Shown here piece by piece: positions 39,201-54,200 of a DNA stretch of 64,000 bases. The stretch is from Mytilus californianus (taxonomy: Eukaryota): assembly GCF_021869535.1 (NCBI RefSeq), contig NW_026262745.1, positions 37,758,001 through 37,822,000 of the forward strand, read 5' to 3'. The notes beneath the pieces were generated by a model that had not been told where the DNA came from, made no database searches, and saw only the letters and a list, made by a program, of their open reading frames with translations. A program made the translations under genes and the position numbers. The first letter of the stretch is position 1. Each line of letters begins with the position of its first letter.

Positions 39201-42200
39201 ATGTTTATTTTTGGCATACTTCAATACTTGAATTGTTTTTACAATCTCATTTGCTTTTATCATAAGGCATCATTTGTAAGTTGAAAAGAAGAATAAAATT
39301 GTATTAGGAAAATCATCAAATATACATTAATTTTGGATTATTTTAGGATTTTATGAAAATTTTATTAAACTTTTTATTGAGATTCAAATATCTAACTAAC
39401 AGCAAACACCTTAATTGGTCAAAAGTTAATAAATATTAGAGGATCATAAAGGTTTCTATTTCCAAATATTTTACAGCACTTAAGAAATCATTTATCTTGT
39501 TGTAATCATAACACAAATACATGTACAGTACCTGTAATATTAAGTGTGTCGCTAAGTTTCTGTCCCGTCTTTTCATTATACACACCAACCAATGAAAACA
39601 GTGTAAACCCAGCAAATACCATACCAAACAAATGTGCCAGTGTTGTTAGCAAAGCATTTCTGTGATAAAACAAAATAACTTTACAATTATTCAAGTCAAA
39701 AAGGCATGCAAAATTTGAGAGAGCAAATGATGAGATTTTAATACACACAAGCATCATAAAGTAGAACATATCTAGTCAGATTTAAATTCTAGCTTTGGAT
39801 GCTATACTGCTAGAGTATAAAATTTTACTATTTTCTTTTTTTTCTTTTATTTGTTTTATTTTGTAGAGAATTCATAACTTTATTGATATAAATATTCATA
39901 TTGAAGTCATGCAACTTTATTTTATCAAATGGGAATGCATTGGAAATTGATGTGAAATGTCCTCTGTTTTGATAATAATAAGACCAAATAATGGCTATAG
40001 CTATATACATATCCCTAGACTTTTGAGCAGGAAGTTTTGGGTTTTATTTCAATTGTACATTTAAACATTTAGTCTTAATGGAACATAATGGGTTTTTTTC
40101 TTCTTTAAATAACAATACATATTAGACAGAGGGATTTCCATTAAGCTTCATTTCAAATTTAGGCAAGCGTTTAAGATCAATGGTGGACAATTAAACAATA
40201 AACAATACATTTTTCGCCCACTTCAATTCCCAATAAAGAAAGATATTGTTTACATCAATTACATGATGCAAGAAACATATCGTACTACATTATATATATA
40301 ATGAAACAGGAAGTTATTTATTAACCAATTACACAGTGAAAATATTTTAGTCAATCCAATATCAAAGTCTGACAATTCATTTCCCTTTTATATATAAAAA
40401 CATCTAAACTTTCTAACACAAATTATATGTTATACAATATGATAACTTTGGGGCATTTGTACTTGTATCCTACAATAAAGTCTAATCTTTATAGGAAATA
40501 TATTTAGAAGAAGATGTGTAATTGCTTGTCATCTCCGAATAATATAACCTAAAATGGCTTAAGTCCATGTTTTGTGTGGGAAACCCCCAAAATTACTCAG
40601 ATCAAAAATTGAAATAGAAGTTGCAGAACTTCATACCCTGTAGAAGAATCTATGCATGTATTTTGAAATCTGTGAATTAAATTTTCAAGAGTTGGATGAA
40701 AAACACATGAAGAAAAACCTAAATGTCCATAAATGTAGCAACAGTACTTTAAGCGTTTTGAAAACATAAAGTCTTAGGAATGAATACTTCCTGTTTCTGA
40801 CGTTACTTAAATAGATGTACATAGGATTAAACAAGAGAAACCGTTGTTTATCAATGATATAACATATCTCTCTATGTCTATTGGTTGCTTTATCTTAGAT
40901 GTGTACCCACATATTTTATATCTTCACAAAGGACCACCATCTGCAAAAGGGATAGAAAACTACATCTTACAAACTTTTCGTCATGACGGTACCAAAAACT
41001 AGAGGCTCTAAAGAGCCTGTGTCGCTCACCTTGGTCTATGTGAATATTAAACAAAGGACGCAGATGGATTCATGACAAAATTGTGTTTTGGTGATGGTGA
41101 TGTGTTTGTACATCTTAATTTACTGAACATTTTTCCTGCTTACAATTATCTCTATCTATAATTAACTTGGCCCAGTAGTTTCAGAGGAGAAGATTTTTGT
41201 AAAAGATTACTAAGATTTACGAAAAAATGGTTAAAATTGACTATAAAGGGCAATAACTCATAAAGGGGTCAACTGACAATTTCGGTCAAGTTGACTTATT
41301 TGTAGATCTTACTTTGCCGACATTTATCGTTTTTTACAGTTTATCTCTATCTATAATAATATTCAAGATAATAACCAAAAACAGCAAAATTACCTTAAAA
41401 TTACCAATTAAGGGGCAGCAACCCAACAACGGGTTGTCTGATTCATCTGAAAATTTCAGGGCAGATAGATCTTGACCTGATAAACAATTTTACTTCATGT
41501 CAGATTTGCTTTAAATGCTTTGGTTTTTGAGTTAAAAGCCAAAAACTGAATTTTACCCCTATGTTCTATTTTTAGCCGTGGCGGCCATCTTGATTGGTTG
41601 ACCAGGTCACGCCACACATTTTTAAAACTAAATAACCAAATAATGATTGTGGCCAAGTTTGGTTTAATTTGGCCCAGTTGTTTCAGAGGAGAAGATTTTT
41701 GTAAAAGATTACTAAGATTTACGAAAAATGGTTAAAAATTGACTATAAAGGGCAATTACTCCTAAAGGGGTCAACTGACCATTTCGGTTATATTGACTTA
41801 TTTGTAAATCTTACTTTGCTGAACATTATTGCTGTTTACAGTTTATCTCTATCTATTATAATATTCAAGATAATAACCAAAAACAGCAAAATTTCCTTAA
41901 AATTACCAATTCAGGGGCAGCCACCCAATAACGGGTTGTCCGATTCATCTGAAAATTTCAGGGCAGATAGATCTTGACCTGATGAACAATTTTACTTCAT
42001 GTCAGATTTGCTTTAAATGCTTTGGTTTTTGAGTAAAAAGCCAAAAACTGAATTTTACCCCTATGTTCTATTTTTAGCCGTGGCGGCCATCTTGGTTGGT
42101 TGACCAGGTCACGCCACATATTTTTAAAACTAGATAACCAAATGATGATTGTTGCCAAGTTTGGTTTAATTTGGCCACGTAGTTTCAGAGGAGAAGATTT

Positions 42201-45200
42201 TTGTAAAAGATTACTAAGATTTACGAAAAATTGTTAAAAATTGACTATAAAGGGCAATAACTCCTAAAGGGGTCAACTGACCATTTCAGTCATGATGACT
42301 TATTTGTTAATCTTACTTTGCTGAACATTATTGCTGTTTACAGTTTATCTCTATCTATAATAATATTCAAGATAATAACCAAAAACAGCAAAATTTCCTT
42401 AAAATTACCAATTCAGGGGCAGCAACCCAACAACAGGTTGTTCGATTCATCTGAAAATTTCAGGGCAGATAGATCTTGACCTGATAAACAATTTTACTTC
42501 ATGTCAGATTTGCTCTAAATGCTTTGGTTTTTGAGTTATAAGCCAAAAACTGCATTTTACCCCTATGTTTTATTTTTAGCTGTGGCGGCCATCTTGGTTG
42601 GTTGGCCGGGTCACGCCACACATTTTTTAAACTAGATACCCCAATGATGATTGTGGCCAAGTTTGGTTTAATTTGGCCCAGTTGTTTCAGAGGAGAAGAT
42701 TTTTGTAAAAGATTACTAAGATTTACGAAAAATGCTTAAAAATTGACTATAAAGGGCAATTTCTCCTAAAGGGGTCAACTGACCATTTCGGTTATATTGA
42801 CTTATTTGTAAATCTTACTTTGCTGAACATTATTACCAATAACGGGTTGTCCGATTCATCTGAAAATTTCAGGGCAGATAGATCTTGACCTGATGAACAA
42901 TTTTACCCCATGTTTAAAACTAGATACCCCAATGATGATTGTGGCCAAGTTTGGTAAAATTTGGCCCAGTAGTTTCAGAGGAGAAGATTTTTGTAAAAGT
43001 TTACGGACGACGGACGACGGACGACGGACGCAGGACGACGGACGACGGACGCAAAGTGATGAGAAAAGCTCACTTGACCTTTCAGGTCAGGTGAGCTAAA
43101 AAGTTATTAAAAAAGTCAGGAATAAAATCAAATTCTGTTCGTTTACTGTTGCAGCCAGACCAAAGCATACCTTACATGTCAGAGAAAATTTTGCTATTCT
43201 AAAACAGGAAAATTTCAAATACCAGTAATGATGCAAAATAAAGGTATTTTTTACATATTTCAAATGGAACAATATGTGTATTGATAAACACACTTGAGAC
43301 AAATTTCAAAACAAAGGTTACAATATTGTTATAAAAGCTAAAAACTGTTTGACATGTTCTGATTTGTTTAGTAAAATTACAAAAATACAAATATGATCAT
43401 ATATTTTCCCGCAGATTTTTTTTTATTTTATCATTTTTTGTATTTTGTTTTGAAATTGATGATTCCATTTTTTCATGATATCTAAATCTTTTGTTGAGAT
43501 TTGAGTACCCTGACATTAAGACCATTCTGGTCTACTCCAAAGTAAGTCACCAGGGGAGGTAATATACCTGAAACAATGACTGTGGAAGTGTGAGTATCCT
43601 GACATTAATGTAATGCATCCTGTTCCAATACCAAGGGAGGTAACCATTAACTGTCCTGCATCAACCCATATCTACAATGAATTTATATAACAAAAGTTAA
43701 CACTGTATTTTGTTAGTAAATTTGCAAAATCATATTTTTTGTATATATAATCATGTAATTAAGGATAAATTCATAAGACCTGAAATTTTATGGCTTATAT
43801 TTTTACTTAAAAGTCCTTATGACTTTAGCAAATAAAAACAAACGTATCTACATTTTAAATAAAAACTGTTAATTCTATAAATTAGACAGAATTTCCTACA
43901 ACATCTACCTCCCACAATAAATAAACTTTTCCTTAAATGTCATAATCCTTTGGCATTAAACTTTTTGAATGCTTCCTTATTTCCTATGACCTTCAAATGT
44001 AAATAAGGATAATTGCTTCCAGGATTTATGATGTTCATACCAGTAATATTGCTATTTTGTGTCTCAATAAGATTAAAAAAAATCCGAAAGAAAAATTGCA
44101 GATATTTATACCACTTATCTCCTAATTAAAATCTGAGGTATGAAAAGTACATGTACTATGTACTGTAACATGTATGATTATCAGATATGTCTAGATTAAT
44201 CTATGGCATGTACTGTAACACAGTTGTCAAATAAACACTGGTAATAATTGCAAACTTCACACTTTCACAGAATACAGTAAAAAAAAGACTTCAATTGAAT
44301 TTCACTACAATAGTAATAGCATTTTGTCACTATGTCTTTATTACTGCAGTGTCTTCTAAAAGACTTAAGACTTACCAGAGAAGTTTATGTTTTTTGGATG
44401 ACAAATCAGATTTTGTTGTTGAATGTATCTTGTGATTTTAGCTTGATAGTAAAATATCTCTTGTTAAAAGTTAAATATGATAACAATATCCACCAAATTT
44501 CCTTTAAAACATTGTTTTTCTGAGGTTTTTCTATATTTAGAAGTGTGGATTCCTTTATTTTCATTTCTACCAATTTTCGTGGATTCAGGAATTTATATTT
44601 TTGTGAATATTGTATTTTGTGGTTTTCAGGAATTTATATTTTCGTGAATATTGTATTTTGCGGTTTTCACAAATTCTGCATACAAGCCTATAGGAAACTT
44701 GTATTTCGTTAAAATGCATGAAAATTAGTACCCCATGAATAATAAACAACAGTGCACACGCTGAAATGTCTCGCCTGCTCTATTGATCATTGATCTTATG
44801 TTGAAAGTCCTAAATATAAAGCTTTACTAGTAGCCCATAAACTTAACATGATCCAAGAAAGTGAGGTCATGGTCAGATAAACCAAACCGGAAATAAATGT
44901 ACACCTTACAATCGTTCCATACACCAAATATAGTTGACTTATTGCTTATAGTTTCTAAGAAACAAACTTAACCAGGAAAATTTAACATTGACAAATGAAC
45001 CATGAAAATGAGGTCAAGGTCAGATGAACCATGCCAGACAGACATGTACACCTTACAATCATTTCATACACCAAATATAGTAGACCTATTGCTTATAGTA
45101 TCTGATATATGGACTTGACCACGAAAACTTAACCTTGTTCACTGATCCATGAAATCAGGTCAAGGTCAGATGAAAACTGTCAGGCATTAGGACCTTGCAA

Positions 45201-48200
45201 GATACGCACATACTAAATATAGTTATCATATTACTCATAATAAGAGAGAAATTAACATTACAAAAAAATCTGCACTTTTTTTTCAAGTAATCATGCACTG
45301 AACCATGAAAATGAGGTCAAGAACAATGGTCATATGACAGACGGAAACTTCATAACATAAGGCATCTATGTATAAAGTATGAAGCATCAAGGTCTTATAG
45401 CTTCTAAAATATAAAGCTTTTAAGTAGTTAGTTAACGCTGCCACCAGATCACTATCCCTATGTTGAGCTTTCTGCAACAGAAGTTGCAGGTTCCACAAAA
45501 ATCCACAGTGTGAATTTAGTGCAATAAGAAAATAAGATTTGTTATTACTTGAAAAATAATCAACCCTTTATAAATGCTTGCTTGATGGCAACTCATTATC
45601 CACTGGCAAATATTACATTAAGACCATGTGTATGCAGCTAAATACCAAACTGTCACAGAGTACTATTCGCCTCGAGTGTGGGAGGTCGTGGGTTTGATCC
45701 CCGGACTGTTCAAACCAAAGACTTTAAAATCAGTATTTGCTTCTTCTCTGCTAAGCATGCTGTTTAAGGGAGTAAGAGCAGAGATTGGTCAGCTGGGATG
45801 CAGAATAATGTGTCTGGGTAGGGTGACATATCTTCCTGCGGACTGTTACCTTGTGAACTAGTACTATAAAAATCTGGCTTAGCATGTCGGTCTAGTACAA
45901 GTTGGTTCATATCCATATCATGTTAACATGTTCTTGTCCTGAATATGGCATTTAATATGCCACTGGATGTTAAACAGCCATCCATCTATCCAGCCAGCCA
46001 ATATGCCCCCTTAAGCTGGTCTTACTGATATAAATAATAATAAATATAGTCACCTGTAGTTTACCTAGAGCTTCCCAGTTCAAATTAAGGAATACTTTAA
46101 TGCCTGTTACTGCACCCTCCTCAAAACACGTTCTCACTAATATAGTTATCAAAAATGTCACAGGAATTGGAAATGATATATAAACAGTCTGAAAAAAGAA
46201 GAAATGTAAAATTAATCAGCTTTCAAGAGTCTTGTTATTGAATAATCCATGAAACCAGTACAGATTTCAATAAAATATGCTCAATGTTCAACAACACAAG
46301 ATGTTAAAGGCTTATAATATATAATTATGTACAGTTACAGGGGAAGTAATGACGTGGCTTTAACTGTTCTTTTACGCCAATCAAAATGTGACATATTTGG
46401 AAAAGATGGATTTTTTGACTGATTTTAATCACTAGCTTAAAAAGGAGTACATGGACCCCTCTAGTTAAAATGACTAGATTGATTATGTATGAAGATTATT
46501 AGTACCAATTTTCATGAACACATATATCACGGATGATTTTTTTTAAATAAGATAAATATACAGGAAAAAATGCCAATTTTTCTACACTCATGAAAATTTA
46601 ATAGAAATGGATTATTTCTAAAGAATTGCTACACAAATTTAGAGCCTACTTATGAAAAAGAGTTATTCCAAATGTTTTTACAAAAAAAATAGCATGAGTT
46701 TTGTTGACCTCTTAAAACAAGAAAGTTAGGAAGGTTAGTCAAAAGGATAGAAATGTCCAAGAAACTGAAATTTTGCATAAATGTCTAAAATTTCAACCCC
46801 ATTTATCTCTAAAAGTAGCACAAAAAGGTATTTTTTTATTGCATACTTAAATTGACTAGGTTAAAAATAGCTTGTATATAAATTTTGTAAAAAATTCACC
46901 ATAGGAACAAAACTGTATGCCCTTAAACAGTATATAATAATTTGATGCTTGTACAATTGCTAGACACAAATCCTGCTCTCCTACAACACTATACAACAAT
47001 ACCAATTTATACAATATAATATTTGTAAATTTGCATATGTATTTCAAAATTTCAGATTCTAATTGGGATGAAAAATTTGGCCAAACCAATATCATCCTTC
47101 GTGTGAAATTCACAATTCCCTTATTTCAAATGTTAACAGCATGTTATATTCAGAAAAGTGTGTAATTTTTGTCTTGCTTGCTTTACTGATCATGATTGAT
47201 TTAATGTTGATAGTCCTCAAGATAAAGTTTTACTACAAGTATCACATAAACTTAACATTATCAATGATCCATGAAAATGAGGTCACGGTGAGATAAAACA
47301 AGCCAGACAGACATGTAGACCTTACAATCATTCCCTACTCCAAATTTAGTTGACCTACTGTTTAAACATATAAGAAACAGACCAAACTATGAAAACTTGA
47401 TATTGACCAAAAAACCATGAAATGAGATTACAGTCAGATGATCCTGACAGACAGACATGTTCATCTTACAAGCATTCCAAGCACTAAATATAGTTGACCT
47501 ATTGCTTATAGTATCTAAGAAACAGACTTAACAAGGAACCAGTGAACCATGAAAATGATGTCTAGGTAAGACCAACCATGCAGACACACATGTACACCTT
47601 ACAATCATTCCATACACCAAATATAGTTGACATATTGCTTATAGTATCTTAGAAGAGGCCCAAACTACTGAAAACTTATCATTGACCAATGAACCATGAA
47701 AATGAGGTCGACAGATGATACCTGCCAAACAGACATAAACACCTTCCAATCATTCCATACACTAAGAAAAGTTTACCTATTAAAGTTTACCTATTGCTTA
47801 AAGTATTAGAAACACAGACCAAACCACAAAAAAACTTATCATTGACCAATGAACTGTGAAAATGAGGTCAAGGTCAGATGAAATCTGCCAAACTGACATG
47901 TACACCTTACAATCATTCCATACACCACATATAGTTGACCTACTGCTTACATTATCTGAGGAACGGACCTAATCACATAACGCTTTCATTGATCACTGTT
48001 TCATGAAATGAGGTTGAGGTCAGTTGAACCCTGTCTGACGGACATGTAAGACCTTAAAAGGAACCTTTATATGAGTATAAGTTTTATAAAAATCTGGCAA
48101 GAATTGTACCTATTAGAGCGGTAACAAGACGACACGGACAAACAGACGGACGCCCGGTATTTCCATGTTCCCCGAAACGCGTTACGCGGGGGACAATTAC

Positions 48201-51200
48201 CGGTATGCATGGGACAATTAAGGTGACAAGAATACTATACAGTTCTTTCAAGCAGTCGATGAACCATGAATATGAGGTCATAGACAATGGACATATATAT
48301 GACAGATGGATTTTTGGTAATATAAGGCATCTGCATACAAGGTATGAAGAATTCAGGTCTTCTACCTTCTGAAATACAAAGCTTTATATAAATAGTTTAC
48401 ATCATTGCCGATGCGTCAGATAAGCATCCATATATCTGCATTCTCAAGTTGCAGGCTAGACAAAATAGGACTTTTACCACAAAAATGTGCTAATCTAAAG
48501 AACAAAAATGTTACTGTCAATCCAATCACTTTTTGTCATTTAAGAATCATCACATCAAAATATGCTTTTTAAATTTGGTGGAATTTTTTGGGGGAACAAA
48601 ATTGTTTGATTTGAATTTCTTCAGTTTGAGATCTGAACAGTTTGAATTCAATGTAAAAATATCATCTCTGTTGTATAAGAACATTTATCAACCTTCTTTA
48701 CCACACTATCAGATTCACTCAAGCATAATCTGGCTTCAATTGATAATGAACTTCTCACAAGGTACGAAAAATTAATTTCCTGTAGTAAATCACTTCAGAA
48801 GTTATTACATTGATTTTTCATTATCTTCTTAAACTAATTAATAGTCTTCAAAAAACTTCAAACACTCTAATTTCTTTGATAACAGTTTTTTTTCTCTATG
48901 GCATGATAAATTAAAAATATGACAGTAAAAAGAAATCAATATCTGAGGGTCTGGCTGGGGTTTACAGAATAGAGAATATACAACTAATACTACCAAAAAT
49001 GTGCAAACAAATAAAGAATATAGAAAAAAAAAAAAAAAAAATGAAAGTAAAGATAATGGGGTAACTAAAATATAAAGAATGGAGAAAAAGGGGTAATTTT
49101 TCATCTAATTGAGAGAACAATTATTGTTTAGAAGCCAATGTCAATTAAAAAATTTCAGACATAACTTCAGCTAATTAAAGTTTTCCATTAACTAAACTGA
49201 CCAACATGAAATAGACTTCATGGCAATTTGGGGATTCTGCAATCCTTGACCACAGGTTTTTGGGTTTTGGGACACTTGTCCTATAGATTTGATATATATC
49301 AACGAATTTTGCACAGTGGCATCATACATTTTTCTCTCAAGACACCAAATTGGTTAAATTAGTATTTTTGCAGTATTATTTGATATCTATAGTTTATACC
49401 ACTGCAGTGAGTGCAATACCATACAATATTTCTCCTCTAGTCAGCTAAATTTTCAAATTGAAAATATGAATTTAATATTTAAAATCTTAATGTCGGGAGG
49501 AGAGAAATATAATATTACAGCTAACTGTTTCTCTAATGATTTTAAGGCAATATTTAGGCAAACTATCTTTCTTTTTCAATGATTTGCAAAGATTGTGTTA
49601 TATTCATGTGACGTCATCAGGCATTGTTACCTTTTTCATGATGTCAAAGTAGCAAAGATTGAGCAAAGCAAGAAAATTTGACGTCATAATTGAATTTTGA
49701 CCACTAAAGAACATCAAGCAAACAACATATTGACTATAAAGTAAATAATCAGCCATTCAGGAAAAGTATCAATTTACGAAGAATAAGAAAAATACATATG
49801 TCAAATAGTTATGAATATATACACCCACGTATATATATAACCTATATAATTATCACCTTATAAATTCCTTACAATGTAATACAATGAAACTTAATATCTA
49901 TACCCATAATACAAAGATATCAGAAAAATAATAAACAACACAAAATCAATAGATTATCATTAACCATGATGATAGAAACTTGAGTATTTGCTGAGCTATT
50001 CAGTTTTGACATGACAACTAAATTTTTGCTATTTTCAGTGATACTTCCTAAGCCATATTGGTTCTCAGCATAAAAGACACATATCAAGTTCTGACCTTAA
50101 TGAAATAAATTCAGATTTTTGTTTATCCTAATTTCTAATCCATTAATGCCATATTGGCTTTGTATACTAATTTCCAACACAAGGTGACAATCTGAATTTG
50201 ACATGTCGACAAAATGAAGAAACATCTTTCAATTCTTGTATGTTGGATCTCTGCATCTTTTGATTTTTGTCACTTTGGGTTGCTGTCTCATTGGCATAAA
50301 TGTATAACCCACATCTCTTTATATTCATATCTGTTTTTAAGAACCATGGACTTCTTATATAACTGTGTGTTATGATCCAATACTGACCTTTCCTATGGAC
50401 TGTGGACCTCTAATGATAACAAAGTAGACTAAGGTCCAACACAGGATCAACACCAACAGTAAACGCCACTGAACATCTCCCAAACTCTCTATACCATTTG
50501 ATATGTTTAATACTGAATTACTGAAAATACATGATTAATCAATAAAAGTATTATAATTTATCATGATAGTGATGAAAACAAAACAGTGACACTTTCTTTT
50601 CCAAATAGTTGCTCAAAACCAATGGTGTAAACTGTTCTTGTTGCTCAGTCTTTAGTTTTCTATGTTGTGTTTTATAGACTGTTGGTAGTTTTTCGTTTTT
50701 TTTCCGAGGCATTGTCAGTTCATTTTGACTTAAGAGTTTGAATATCCCTGTGATATCTTCAGCCTCACTTTTTCAATACTCTGAAGTGAGGGAGACAAAA
50801 GGCCATGATCATTTTCCATGGTTATTGACACATCATATTGAGGTGCTGCACCCATGTGTCAAACATGTGTCAAACATAAAAAGCCTAGCTATGTCAAAGG
50901 AGAAAAAAGTTATGTTGCAGACAGGAAAATGTTAAAATGAAATCAATGTATTTTGACCTTGAGGTCAAAGATCAAAGTCACCAGGTTAAAATATCCAGGT
51001 TTTCTACCTTCTGAAATATAAATATTTCTAGAAATAGTTAAGGTCCTTGCTGCCACATTAGTATCCCTATGTTTCACATTTAGCCAGTTATGTCACAGGT
51101 GAGACAAAAGTAAAATTATTAACTACAAGTTTTACAGTTGTGTGTTTCAACAATCAAAATAGTACATTTTGAATTATAAATATCCGTCTTTGTAATATTA

Positions 51201-54200
51201 AAATGGTATTATACTTTTTAATCTGAATTTATATTTTTCAGTTACAAAACTTACTAGAAATATGTAGAATGCTGCAATGATGGGTCTGTACTATCTGTAC
51301 TATTGACTAAATAAATACTAGTATTGTGTGAACATCCTGAAAATAAAACAATAAATCATGAGTAAAACTTAGAAGTCATGCTGGTTAACAAATACAATAG
51401 AAAGGTACCAAATCTCGACAGTCAAATCTTTATGTCCAAGAGCTAGTATTTCAATGCCACCTTAATATCAAGTTTTTTTAATTAAATGCGTGATAGACGA
51501 ACGTCTATAATGTTAATAACACTTTATACATTTTGTGCATCTGAAAGCACTTGTCTACTTACCTTTATCATATAACAACCTGGAGGCTTAGAGGAGAAGG
51601 AATGAGTCTCCTAGCAGTTTTACTCCTTTTTGGCTTAAGAAAACATAACTTCTGACAGGTTTAACTACAAAATGGCTTTGTTTTTATCAATTCTCTAAAG
51701 TTTAAAAATAGTTTGCCTGGTGGTTTAAGGAGAAGATTAAAGAACTAGAGGCTCTCAAGAGCCTGTGTCGCTCACCTGTATTTACTGATGCTTTGGAAAT
51801 CATGTAAAATAAGGTTAAAATCATAATTAATAGTATTAGATATTAGATATTATAATGATATCTAAGATAATAACAAAAAACTGCAAAATTTTTGTAAAAT
51901 TACTAACTCAGGGGCAGCAACCCAACAACAGGTCGTCGGATTCGTCTGAAAATTTCAGGGCAGATAAATCAAAATCTGATAAACATAGTTGCCACCTGTC
52001 AGATTTGCTCTAAATGCTTTAGTTTCAGAGATATAAACCAAAAACTGCATTTTACCCCTATGTTCTATTTTCAACCAAGTAGGCCATGATGGTTGGAAGG
52101 CGGGGTCATCGACCAAATTTTTTAAACTAGATACCCTAATAATGATTATGGCCAAGTATGGTTAAATTTGTCTCAGTAGTTTCAGAGAAGAAGATTTTTG
52201 TAAAAGATTACAAAAATTTACAAAAAATTGTTAAAAATTGACTATTAAGGGCAATAACTCCTAAAGGGGTCGACTGACAATTTTGGTCTTGGCAACTTAT
52301 TTGTAGATCTTACTTTGCTGAACATTATTGCTGTTTACAGTTTATCTCTATCTATAATAATATTCAAGATAATCACCAAAAACGGCAAAATTTCCTTAAA
52401 ATTACCAATTCAGGGGCAGCAACCCAACAACAGGTTGTCAGATTTGTCTGAAAATTTCAGGGCAGATAGATCTTGACATGATAATCAGTTTTACCCGATG
52501 TCAGATTTACTCTAAATGCTTTGGTTTCAGAGATATAAGCCAAAATCTACATTTTACCCCTATGTTCTATTTTTAGCCATGGCGGCCATCTTGGTTGGTT
52601 GGCGGGGTCATCGGACACATTTTTAAAACTAGATACCCTAATGATGATTGTGGCCAAGTTTGGTTAAATTTGGCCTAGTGGTTTTAGAGGAGAAGATTTT
52701 TGTAAAAAGCTAACTACGACGTACAACGGACGCCAAGTGATGAGAAAAGCTCACTTGGCCCTTCGGGCCAGGTGAGCTAAAAATGGGCAAGTAATTTCAA
52801 AGATTGCCACTGTCTGCCAAGTGTTTCTATTAAGGGCAGTAACTCCTATAAGGGTGAAGTACATCAGTAATGTCAAATTGGTAATACTGTACCATTTCAA
52901 TCATTTCAACTGGCTTCACAATGAAGGAGATATTACCTCTAATTGAGTCAGGAATAAGGCACAAAATGCAATAATACAGATCCTGTGTCCAAATCAAGCT
53001 TTGCTTACAAGGATCTGACAACACTCTGTTCTACTGTCTGTTTTTGTAATGAAATTTGAGCATTAAAATTTCTTTAATGAAATTATTCATGCCTATCTTT
53101 TAGAGGAAACTTGGTCACAAATTAAACCAAATTTAGCTAATTTACTATTAGTTGTGTTATTAACTGTTAAAAGCATAAGTACCTTGATATGTGCAATTCC
53201 ACGACTGATCTGAACAAATTGATATGAAAAACATGTACAAAGACCATACTGATGTCATGTTACAACAAAAACTCATGGCTCCTGACACACACACCATACA
53301 TACTCCTATACCTGGAAAATAATATAATACTTTTATAATCAAGGAAAATATACTCTTATTTTATACCTACATGTTACTATAAGTTGAAGACGGAGTAGGC
53401 TTTTTAGAAATAATAAGATTTGGAAACTGGGGATGATTTACCGAAAAGAGAATAATGGTCTAAAAATAAAGAATTGCTAAACAATAAAATAATACTGACA
53501 GACCATACTAACCATTGTGTGCTACTATTTTATCAAGAACTAGATATGGACAATGCCTCCCCCCTGACCGTTGTGTGCTACTATTTTATCAAGAACTAGA
53601 TATGGACAATGCCTCCCCCCCTTTTCTGCTCTGCCATATGCATAAGTATAGTTCCACATATTTTAGATTTGACAAACAGTGATGTTGGCATACAACTTGA
53701 AATTGTTATGCTGTCTGTAAGACACAAATGATGCCCCGCCTGACCAACTACCTGTCATTTTCAGAATATTTGAAAAAAAATCAAAATCCTGTGGCCAAGC
53801 ACGCCTCCATAATGTGTTTGAACATCCTACAAAATATTAAAGCTGTATCTCCAAAACTGTAGGAGGAGATAGCCAGACAAACCATGATCTCTTTATGCAG
53901 CTTGTACAAAAAAAAATGACTAAGTCCAACTACCTGTCATTTTCAGAATATTTAAAAGAAATCAAAATCCTGTGGCCATGCACACCTTCATTATGTGGAT
54001 GAACATCCTACAAAATATTAAAGCTGTACCTACAAAACTGTAGGAGGAGATAGCCGGACAAACAATATATCCAAAGTCAGACGGACGGACGGACAGGGGT
54101 AAAATAATATTCCCCTCGACATTTTGTCATGGGGGCATAAAAATTAAGATTGGTCAGTTTATGTTAGCTTGATGTTACCCAAGAACCTCGTAAGCTACCA

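Noticed and set aside
45655-45720. tRNA gene
   Set aside because: Only a degenerate B-box; no cloverleaf; it continues into a SINE body.
51555-51660. Strong donor AAG|gtaagt as a possible extra exon
   Set aside because: Stops occur in the phase-1 and phase-2 frames, and the site lies in repeat-like sequence.
52830-53024. Candidate EL2 exon of gene B (DPCKQSL…)
   Set aside because: No phase-2 donor, and it contains repeat-like sequence; 51255-51336 fits both phases and motifs.
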